Origin: Paraspadella gotoi
Taxonomy: Eukaryota; Animalia; Chaetognatha
Assembly: GCA_051294375.1 (NCBI GenBank)
Contig: CM119271.1
Span: 2,308,677 to 2,372,676, forward strand
DNA: 64,000 nt
Direction of reading: 5' to 3'
Shown: piece after piece, positions 51,911-62,167 of the stretch
Numbering within the stretch: the first letter of the stretch is position 1
Layout: the number at the start of each line of letters is the position of its first letter
Translations under genes and position numbers: made by a program
Notes under the pieces: model-generated
Database searches by the model: none
What the model was told of the DNA's origin: nothing
The model's input: only the letters and a program-made list of their open reading frames with translations

Positions 51911-52126
51911 ACCAGTCAGCCTGAATCCCTGCAAGGATCTGATCACGCCGAAAATCTCCACGGAGAGAACAGTGTAAACCTTGCCGGTGTTGGGGTCGGG
52001 TCGCAGCAGCTCCAGTAGCTTGCCGCGCGAGACGACGATCTCCTGCTGCTTGGAGCCGCTGAAGTTGCCGTGGATGGCGTGGGTGATGCCAGTGGCTCGT
52101 TGGAGCGTCAAGTGGTAGAGATACAT
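46940..52126 (-). CDS. SF3B3: Splicing factor 3B subunit 3 (SAP130), multi-exon
   Basis: Near-identical to the conserved SF3B3 sequence: [24 protein letters not shown]...; [31 protein letters not shown]; ...[22 protein letters not shown]. Confidence 0.98.
49346..49385. repeat. (CAT)n microsatellite in an SF3B3 intron
   Basis: Direct observation. Confidence 0.9.
49875..49922. repeat. (GA)n microsatellite in an SF3B3 intron; further (GA/TC)n tracts at about 40500-40522, 50228-50262, 51865-51905 and 59290-59312
   Basis: Direct observation. Confidence 0.9.
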
Positions 52127-53759
52127 GACTGCAGTATTGTTTTCTGATAGTTTTTTTTTCTGTTGAAAATCTTACATGTGAAAAAAAACGAGGAAAAAAA
52201 ATAAATAGCCTAATAGGGCATTAAAACATTGATAAAAATAAAAGAAAAACTGGCGAAGTCATAAAGGCTGGAATGTTGTTGTTGTTGTTATTCGTTTTTA
52301 GTTGTGTGTAAAACCATTTAAACAATGGCTAAAAAAAATGCCACGAAGTAATGACCCATGAATATCTCTTTAACCCATCCACAACACCCCATTAACCCCC
52401 CCCCCCAAAAAAAAAAATCCCTTTTCAAAGTCGCCAACGAAACGGCCAAAGTAAAAAAGCCGAGTTTCCCATCGAAAGACGGAAAAGGAAGAAGACATCG
52501 AGAAAAAAAAGGCGAAACCCGCGGGCAGAGATAATATCAATAAAATGTCGTGACCTCGATTCTCATGTGAAAAGGCTCCCCCCGCGAGCAAATAACCGGC
52601 GGAGACAGTTTCTTGGCAACGGGACTTTTCGTCATTCTCGTCGTCGTCGTCGTTGTGGCTTAACGAGGGAGGAAGGGCTTATTATGTTTTATTTCGGAAG
52701 AGGGGGAGAGAAGTCGGGAATTGGGGGGGGGGTGTCGGTGGTGAAAGATAATTCTCAATGTCGTAAAAGTCGCAAAGCGTCGCCGACTGTCGCCGGATTA
52801 ATTTAAAGAGTTCGCATAACTGGGTCCCTAGAGAAATCAAATGTAAATGTCTGGAAAAAAGGAAAGAGACTAAATGAGGTATGACTATGACAAATAAAAG
52901 TAGTTCATGCGTTTCAAAATTAAACAAAAAAAAACCAGTACTCCAATAACTTTGATTAGAAAATAATCAAGGACAAGAACAAAACACAATCGATGTAAAT
53001 ATAAATATATTGCATATAACCAGATATTGTTTTGCAGGAATGAAAAAAACAAAAACCGCCTCTGGAGACAGAAGCACGAGAGATAAGAGTCCTGATTGGG
53101 ATACATATTTCCTGCTGTGTTAGCTTGCTAACTTGACACGTAAAAACATTGAAAGTAAATCCTGAGGTTTTTCTTTTTTTGCAAGAAAAGCAAAAGGTAT
53201 GCTATGATGGAGTTTCAAGTTTTAGAAAAAAAATATACGGCATCAATCAACAGTTAGATCGAAATGAATCCTGATTGCAGAATAATAAAAAAAAACAAAA
53301 CAAAACGAAAATGTACAGAACATGTTGGATAGAAAGGCTGGTAAATTCCTGGTTCTTGCATTCAAAGCTAACTATATTTACACGATCCACAAAGGAATGT
53401 TAAGTTGCGGTTTATAAATAGCTAAACAGAAATAAGTTCACTGAATCGCAATAACGTAGTCAACAACTAAACTACTGGAAAAAGAAAAATGAGGATAGTT
53501 CGATAAAAAAAACCGCAGGTCGCTATGAGAATAATAACGCGAGGTTATTAATATTAATAATAATACTCCAGACGTTGAAAGAGGATAATTCCGCGAGAGA
53601 TCCGAAAGAGCCATTCTTCTGCCATCGTCACGGCTTTCTGATCTTCTCGGATTTCTAGGCAGAGTTTTTTTTTTTTGTTATTCTTCCCTTATGCTTCAGT
53701 TTTGTTTCGTTTCGTTTGTTTTTTTTTTTACTGGGAAATTGGTTGTTTTTTTTTTTCTT

Positions 53760-55758
53760 TCACCACGACAGCACCCCGCCAGCCAGCCCGGCGCCGCCGC
53801 CGCCGTTCCCATGAAGGAACGCCTCGGCCATTCTCCGCTGATGCTCGTTCTGCCTTAGCTGTTTGAGTCTCTTGCTGCGCTGGGCGAACCCTGACCTCGC
53901 GGACATGCGCATGAAGCCAAGGAGGGTGAGCGTTTGCCCGCTCTCCGGCCGCCCGTGAGGCAGGGCCTTGTGGAAGACTCGTTTCAGGTTTTCGAACTGG
54001 GAGACCCAGATCTCGAAGTTTTTGAAGAAAAATTCGCGGGACTGGAGTTCGTCCATGTCCTCGGGTTTGGCCTCGGCCAAGGCTGGAAGGAGATAAGGGG
54101 GAGAGAAAAAGTCAAGGAAAATTATTAGGATAGGGAAAGTGAAATGTGAAGATGAAAAAAAAAATAATGAAAAATGCAGTCCATTTGTTTAATAACGGGA
54201 CTCAAGTTTTATTCAGATTCGAGAGCATTTAAGCTCTCTTTTTCCCAGCAGCAATCAGCCTTTCATATAAATAAAGAGACTGTTGACTGTTAAGTGACAT
54301 TAATATACTATAATAATATACTCACAAGTATAAATCGTTTGATTGGGAAAAAGCAAAAAGCAAAAACGAAACTAACATTCTTTTCAACCTCCCTAAGTCC
54401 CAATTTAACCTTTTCCGAAATCGTAGCACAACGAAGTGGAGAGCCGATTCTCCGGAGTTCCCTTGACGCAGGCGTTTTCGCCGGCGATGCACTTGAGGGT
54501 CTGGATTTTCTGGGCCGAGAGGTTTTGGTTGAGCAGGGCCATGAGTTCGGCGTCGACAACGCCGCCGCCGACGCCGAGGCCGTTGTCGATGAGATCGGCG
54601 CCGGAAAGGTTGTAGGCGTCGAAGGCGCCGGCGCTGGTTTCATCGATGGAGGCGGCGGCGGCGTCGAAGGCCGATTCCCATCCCAGGATCTCCATGGGGC
54701 CGGCGGTGCTGGAATGAGGTGGAGGGGGCGCGACGGAGGATGAAGATGAGGTTGATGCGAGAGGAGGGGCGTTGCCGGCGCCGCCAATGCCGTTGCACTT
54801 AGAGGCGGGAAGATCGTTGATGATCTCCGCGATGTCGCTGTCGATTTCGCCCTCTTCCTCAGAGGACTTGATCGGCTAATGTAAAGAGGAGGAAAGGGAT
54901 TATTAACATTAACAAAGTTAACAGAAACAAAAAGCGTTAATATTTCTCTAGACGAAAATACTAAAAGGCATATTAAATTTCGAAAAAAATGGGAAAAGCA
55001 ACAGGGAGCTGGGAGCTTGTTTTATTAAAACTTCGGCGCATAACTTTAGAACAGTAGTTCTATATTTGTTGACATATCTTCCTTACCTCTGTTCTCTCTT
55101 TCTTGATCTCCGTCTCGTCCTTGACGACGACCTCGTCGTCCGCGGAGGCGGAACCGGCGGCGCCCGCCGTGTCGTCTTCGGCTTCCGGCAATTTGGCCAT
55201 TTTCGGAGGCGTCGACGACGACGATTCGGGTATCGAGGGGTTGAGAAGGCGTTTCCTTGTAGGCGGCGAAGGGAAAGGGAAGGCCTGGCGAGCCGTCGAC
55301 GCAGCTGCGGCGGCTACGGCGGCGACGACCGCGCTGCTTCCGCCGTTGTTGTTGTTGTTATTGGTCGAGGAGGAGGTAAAGGAGGTAGAAAAGTTTCTTT
55401 GTGGCTGAGACGATGCCTGATGATGATTGTTGCGTCCCTGAAGATGGTAAGCGTCCGGCGCGGTCGGCATGGCGCCGGGATGATGATGATGCCGTCGGAG
55501 TTGCAACGACGACACGGCCGGATTGACCTCGTACTCGACGTCGTTTCCCGTCGGCGTCAATTGCGCTCGTAGGTAGGCGTCGCAGAGATGGCGTTTGCCG
55601 GAGAACTTGCGTCCTTCTCCGGTCTCGACGAGGACGAATATGTTAGCGTCGGTGAGGGCCGAGAGCTTCATGGCCGCCTCCATGAGGATGGCCGAGAACG
55701 AGGTCTCCATGCTCTGGAGTTGAGAGACGAGACCCAAGAGGCTCTGGGCGGATGCCAT
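53760..55758 (-). CDS. MADS-like family member A; exons 55087-55758, 54410-54875, 53760-54082
   Basis: N-terminus MASAQSLLGLVSQLQSMETSFSAILMEAAMKLSALTDANIFVLVETGEGRKFSGKRHLCDAY. In-frame GT-AG junctions. C-domain KGTPENRLSTSLCYDFGK|ALAE...FFKNFEIWV...LLGFMRMSARSGF. Confidence 0.87.
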
Positions 55759-56266
55759 CGGAGGAATTGTTGTTGTTGTCCTGAGGTTTTTTTACGTGAT
55801 GCGTTTTCTCTCTGTGGACGAGAGATGCTTCATGACCCGATTGAGCACCCGGCAGTGTTGTTCCTTTTTTCGTTTGTTTGTTTGTCCTTTTTAACCTTTA
55901 CTGGCAATGAAATATATACGAAACGAAATAAAATATGAATAATTAAAACGAGGCAACAGGCAAAGCTTAAATGGAGGATGAGGCAAAAACGAAACATTTA
56001 CGTAGACGGTAGAGTAGTCAAAGCTTTATTCGATTGCTCCGACCGAATATGGCTTTCGCTTTTAAAACATTCCTTTCGTTTCTGCCGTTAAAAAAACCAC
56101 TAATATGCAGATATAGATAGGAACGTGTTATGTATACTAATATGATGATTCTAGTTATATCGGTAAGAGACAAATGGAGAATTAAATGGTGGAAGGAAAT
56201 CGATTACGGAATAGAAACTAAATAGATTGAAAAAGGAAGGGTGAGGGAGAGAGCGTGTCATGAAAG

Positions 56267-59255
56267 TTATGTTTTCTTGACCAAAGCGGCGGGCAAAGGT
56301 CCTTCCGTCCAATTGATGAGAGAGTGTTCAGCCCGCTGCGACGCGCTGAAGTGATCCTTCAACAACTGTTGCGAGAACGCCGTGTGACTTTGGTACGCCT
56401 CCTGTTGAAGGTGTGAGACGGAGGATAGAAATGAGAATAAGGACAGGTACCAACAGAATTTATGCTGAAACAAATCCTTGATAAACCAACATTTATCATC
56501 ACCTGAGCTTTCGGCCCATCGCCGCAAACATTGTACAGATCCCGCAGCAGAGCAGTCGCCCAAAGTTGGACGTTGATGTCGGGGATTTTGTGAGCCAGCT
56601 GCATCGCCGGCGTCACCATATTTTGACTTTCTTTCGTGTTGCCTGGCGACGAAGAAACAGAATTGTTATCCATGAACAATGGAAGAAAAATACGAGAATA
56701 GAATTTATTTTTATTTTTGATCCATATTTTTTTTGGTTAAACCTCAACCGACGAAACCAGCAAGACCCGTCCTCACCCGTGGACATGAAAATGTGTCCGA
56801 GGAGGACCAGGGAGCAGGAAGTGAGTCGATTGAGATCCTCAGTGTTGGACATTTTAAGAGTTTCTCTCAAGTAGCGTTTGGCTTCGGGGTAGTGCTCCTG
56901 GAAGAAGCACCGCAGCCCTTGGACGTAGTAGGCGGCGGCGCGGGTGGCGAACGATTTGGTCTCGATTGTCTTTGGGTCGATGGTTGCGCTCAGATCCTCC
57001 ACGTCCTGAATGGGGAGGTGAGACGAAGAGTATGGCGGGTTTATCAGTCATGGAACAAAAAAAACCTACAAGTCGACGCCCTTTGTTCGATTAAATGTGA
57101 CAAAATAAACCTGGTGACGACCCGTCCGCATGTAAACGATAGCGAGATTCAGATTGACGAAAGGTACGAGTTCAGGGGAGCTTTCGTCCCTGGTCTGTAG
57201 AGCCCGTCGAAACTACGAGGAAAAGAAATTTAACAATCAGTTCCTTCATCTTTAAAATTTAATTTAATCGTCGCAAATTGAAATCTAACGAACCTGCAGC
57301 TCAGCCGAGTCCATGCAGTTCATGCTCATGGCGTATAGACCGAGGAGAGAGTGAAGTTGAGCCGAGTGGAGCCACTGAAGTCGCGAGTCCGACGACAGCA
57401 TCGAGGCGATCTGCGACATCTCCCCCAACGCCTCCGTCTTCTTGCCCATGATCAGACGGCACATGATCACGTGTTCGAGAAGCATCACCTGCATCAATTT
57501 GTCTTCAATAAAAAGCTAATCAACCAACGACTCATTTCCGAGAAATGAAAGGAAACCTGGAAGGTCCTCAGAATCGGATGGGCGTCGACTGTGCGCAGCT
57601 TTTCGATTTGCGTGAGCGCCTTCTCCGTGTACTTTTGCGCTTTGTCCATGAAGCCGGCCTGCATGGAATGCATGACGGTGACAAGGTAGACGAGGACACA
57701 GAGCTGCTCCTTTGGCAGCCAGTGGAACTGCTCCACGGGCTTATTGGAGGGCTTGTCGTCCTCCTCGGGTAGGGTAGAGATGCTTTGGATGGTCTGCTGC
57801 AGCTGCTTCAAGGGACTCTTGACTTCCTTCACCTGGCCCAACATCAGGAGGCGGGAAACCTGGCGGAAAATGGGTATCATAAATGACTAATCTACTAGTA
57901 CTAATCCCAATGAAAAAAAAATTTAATGGACCAAAAAATACGGGCTTTGCACAACCAACACCAACTCGGAGAGAAAATAAATAAATTTCGAATTGCCATC
58001 ATCAGCCATGTCAATGATTATTGATTAGAAAACTCGACAACTCAAATACGCAGTCGCTACCTTGAGGACGAGCTCGAAGACTCTCAGACTCTCGGTGAGG
58101 GTAGAGGTGCCGATCCAAGAGTCGAGAATCGGCGTCGTCGTCGACAAAATCTCCGCGGCTTCCTCCATGTCTCGTTTTTCGATTAGAAGGATCATCGCTT
58201 TCGACAGTAGGAACAACACCTTTTAAAATTGGATGAAAATTTCATTGGGGAAAATGGGGAAAATGATCAAAATGATTGAAATGTCATTTGGTCACAATAT
58301 AAATTGCTTGAAACTTTCTCGCCTTTCCACTTCTAACCTTGGTGTACTTGGTTCGTTCTTTCCCGCAAAAATTTATCCCGCGGTTGACATATTCGATGGC
58401 GAATGAATAATTGCGAATGTCCAGGTAAAGTTGCGCCGTTTGAAACAGCAACCTAAACGAAAAGCCTCGGTACATAATTGTATTTGTATTCTGTTGTAAA
58501 TTGTATTTTGTGCGGAGTACAATATAGTATTCCACTATATAATACTACTTACAATTATGCCACTTCATTGATAGGGAAGCCAGGTACTCTGGTAGTGAAT
58601 AAACGAGACTGTGAGAGAGTCTTGAATGAAAGATTGCAGGGACTTGCTATGTTATTGTGCTATATGCTATATGCTATTATCTTGTAAGAGTGATGAGGCC
58701 TTAAATCACCAAAGCCTGTCCAATGAATGGTTAATTTTTTTATTGGTTGTACCAATTATTGTGAACAGTTTTACGTGGATCTAGGTCCTTAGTTGTTACA
58801 GTAGTATTCCATATTCTCTCAAATATCTCCCACAATCACAATAACCACCTGCAATGCCAGTAGGGAGCCTTTTGCGACTGCTCCACGGCGGCTGCGGCGA
58901 TCGGAACAGCTGCTTCCGGATTCCCGGTCCTACGTGAGGCAGCGGCCAGCAAGTCGGCGCACTCGAACCGCAGATCGTCGAAAGAGAGGTGCGCACTTTC
59001 GCAGATGTTGTGACAGCGCTCGAGGTGCTCCTTGGCGTCGGCGGGGTCGGCACCGAACTGCATCAACAGTTTTCCGATTTGTAACTGGGTCCGCGCGGCG
59101 ACGCGTGGCGGCGGCTGCGCGGTGATCACGGCCTGAAGGCAGTGGATGGCCAGGCGGATGTTGGCAGGCTTGGCCGTGCGGAACTGTTCGGCCAGGCCCA
59201 GGAGGACCACGTAGCGGGGATCGTTCTCGCTCGTCTGCGGCCGGATGGTCGTCAT
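56267..59255 (-). CDS. MAU2: MAU2 (Scc4) cohesin loader subunit, multi-exon
   Basis: [24 protein letters not shown]; PYWHC; [40 protein letters not shown]; [28 protein letters not shown]; [21 protein letters not shown]. Confidence 0.96.
58501..58757 (-). mobile_element. Inverted, diverged copy of the TIR-bearing repeat in a MAU2 intron
   Basis: ccacttcattgatagggaagccaggtactctgg...tattggttgtaccaatt is the reverse complement of the 59839/60162 element. Confidence 0.8.
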
Positions 59256-59706
59256 GATGGAAGTTGGGGGAGGGGAGAGAAGAGAGGAGGAGAGAGAGAG
59301 AGAGAGAGAGAGGAAAGTACGGTTTTTCGCTTTCGACGTAAAAGGTCACATTTTGCGTCTGCGTTGAGAAAGAAAGATGGATTTTAGATCATTACTGGAG
59401 CTGACACAAACTGCCTCCTGGTGGTCTTTCTTAGGCTTAGACTTAACGTACTACCGTTATTTTTAAACATAAATTAATTCATCAGACATAGGGCCAGAAC
59501 AAAACGATAAAAACAAGAAAAACAGGAAAAACAAAAAGACGAGCCCGTTGAAGAGCTTCCCTTTGATTGGATAGTTCTCTTTTTTTGGTTTCTGGTTTTA
59601 AGTCTTTTCCACAAGAGGCGCAGTCGGACGATCATAAGAAACAAATTAACAGAAAGTTAATAAATTGATTGATTGATCGATTGGCACATCAGTTATACCG
59701 TGTTAC

Positions 59707-60449
59707 GAAATTGATACAACCAATACAAAAATTATCCATTCATTTAATAAATAACCTATCTTGTCCCTGACAGGCTTTGAGGCTACGAGTTTCTTTCTTT
59801 TAAATGATTTTTTTTATTATTATATTTTGTTTATATTATATGGAAATGGACAACCAATATAAAAATTATCCATTCATTTAATAAATAAGCTATCTTGCCC
59901 CTGACTTTGGACAGGCTTTGGTGGTTTAAGGCCTCCATCACTCTTACAAGATAATGACATAGCAGGTCCCTGCAAGCTTTCAATCAAGACTCTCTCACAG
60001 ACTCGTTTATTCACTCCCAGAGTACCTGGCTTCCCTATCAATGAAGTGGAAAATATTTCAAAGAATGTTTCAATTGTATGAAAAGACCACTCCCTTAAGT
60101 ATTAGATCGGGGAATAATTATTGTACTCCGCACTAGCATCAAAATACAAGGAGCTGAATTTTATGAAATTGGTACAACCAATATAAAAATTATCCATTCA
60201 TTTAATAAATAGCTATCTTGCCCCTGACTTTGGACAGGCTTTGGTGGTTTAAGGCCTCCATCACTCTTACAAGATAATGACATAGCAGGTCCTGCAAGCT
60301 TTCAATCAAGACTCTCTCACAGACTCGTTTATTTCACTCCCAGAGTACCTGGCTTCCCTATCAATGAAGTGGAAAATATTTCAAAGAATGTTTCAATTGT
60401 ATGAAAAGACACTCCCTTAAGTATTAGATCGGGGAATAATTATTGTACT
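59707..60449 (+). mobile_element. Cluster of TIR-repeat copies: a partial copy (59707-59781) and two near-identical head-to-tail copies (about 59839-60161 and 60162-60449)
   Basis: Repeated caaccaatataaaaattatccattcatttaataaata..cttgcccctgactttggacaggc... sequence. Confidence 0.85.
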
Positions 60450-60867
60450 ATTATTGTATATATTATAACAACAAATTTAGCCGATGAAGCTGTTCCATTT
60501 CAGAACAAGATATAGATCATTGCGTTTTATATTATCCTCGCAATAATTGCTTTTCTCTCTTGTTTATGATAAAAACTAATTGAATTCCCCCTCCCCTCTT
60601 TTTTCTATGAGGCGAGAAATCAGTCCACGCATCTCATTTTGGATTCATGTCTGAACTTGATATCACAAAATTAGCTCTTTCTGTTATCTCGTTTGAAAAT
60701 TATCTAGTTCATATAATTTGTTCATAACATTATTATAGTTTTTAAATATTTTGTGTAAAGCTTTATAAACTCTTCCCAATGACCAAAAAGGCCACAAATA
60801 GTTAAAAAAAATTAAATTCTTTGAGCTGATGTAACAGGGTAGTTTTTATAATGGCATTGCCTTGAAA

Positions 60868-61052
60868 CACGGCGCAGACACCGTCGCCGGCGCCGTAAAC
60901 TCTCGAAGGGCGTCGCGCGGCGCGTTGTTTTCGCTCGCGCCGTTCGGAGCAGAAACGCGAGGAGACGCGTGAATATGGCGCCGTCGCGTCGCTTTGAATG
61001 CAGCGTAGCGCGGGTTCTCGCGCGAGTAAGGTCATTCGCGCAAACTTTTTTA
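60868..61052. promoter_or_regulatory. Isolated CpG/CGCG-rich non-coding island about 1.6 kb upstream of MAU2; candidate promoter
   Basis: Dense CGCG repeats and a YY1-like ATATGGCGCC in otherwise very AT-rich DNA; no recognisable coding frame. Confidence 0.35.
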
Positions 61053-62015
61053 AATCGATTTGGGTTTCTCGGACGAAAGAATTAAATTCATTATAATTAG
61101 TTCGGTTAATAAACTTTCAGTCGTGAGGTTGCTTTGTGAGTTACTATGATTTCTATTTATGCAATGTTTTACTTCAAAATCTTCGTTTCCTTCTTCGCCA
61201 ACGAAATATTTCTTTTTATTTTGCAGTTCGAAAATTTTATACTAACAATTTTAACCTCCTGTCTTTCTCGTCTTTCTCATCGGAATGACACAAACTTGTG
61301 GTTACGGAATCAAGTTGCAAAAAAAGTAAGTAAAGAAAACTAAAAACTAAAAATGATTGACTGATCATTAAATCGTAGTAAAAATTCTAAATTTAACTTT
61401 AATTAAAATTCTAAAATCGAGGAATGAACAGCATTGTACTAATGAACATTAATGTATAAAAAGAGTTTTTTATAAATTTTACAATTTACCCAGTAGGCTT
61501 TTTACGAACTACTAACCCTATAAATGTTAAAATTTAAAAGTGGTTTTTTGTAAGATTTCTTTATAGATTTGGATTCGTCATGAAAAGTTGATTGAAAGAA
61601 ATATTACTCTTTTTTAAAATTATCTCATTAAGTTGGTAAAAAATTAGAAAAACTTATATTTTAAACTAAAAATTAATTTTATAAATATATATACATGAAA
61701 ATTTGCAAATTACTTGTTTCACTATTTTCTATTTTTATATTTTATGAAGGATTTAGTATTTAATCTTATTATTTAATCAAATATATATTGCTTTCTTTCT
61801 TAAAAATGTTTTATATATCTAATAATTCAATTTGGGAAGGGGAAGTCAGTGTTGTCTTCTGGAAATAGAGGGAGCATCTATACAACACAAGGTTAGATTA
61901 CTATCTGTCCTAGTTTTCTAATAGATATCACACATCATTTCTGTTAGAAAGTCATTAATGAAAAATCATAATATCTAAGAGGCTGAACAGAAAGGGGTGG
62001 GAATGGATAATTTTT

Positions 62016-62167
62016 TTTTCTTTACCAACTTTTGGCGAGGAATTTAAATCTGCCATCAAAATTAAGAAAAGCCCATTTTAAAATTTTACGATTTGATATC
62101 TTATAAAAATGTTTTTCTTAATTTTGATGGCAGATTTAAATTCCTCGCCAAAAGTTGATAAAGAAAA
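62016..62167. repeat. Foldback/MITE-like inverted repeat: 55-bp arms with 1 mismatch and a 42-bp spacer
   Basis: ttttctttaccaacttttggcgaggaatttaaatctgccatcaaaattaagaaaa (62016-62070) versus ttttcttaattttgatggcagatttaaattcctcgccaaaagttgataaagaaaa (62113-62167). Confidence 0.9.

Noticed and set aside
9015-55758. Calling the family SRF or MEF2 orthologues
   Set aside because: The basic N-terminal arm, the TFxKRK motif and the SAM/MEF2 domain signatures are absent; only the dimerisation-core pattern matches.
39-59255. Non-canonical introns or an altered genetic code
   Set aside because: The junctions I checked were GT-AG and kept frame under the standard code. Stops in the ORF track are intron read-through.
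249-59387. Numerous long plus-strand ORFs (e.g. 10917-11654, 21576-22364, 32149-32877, 34146-34793)
   Set aside because: They are antisense shadows of GC-rich minus-strand exons, have no recognisable domains and end where the real exons end.
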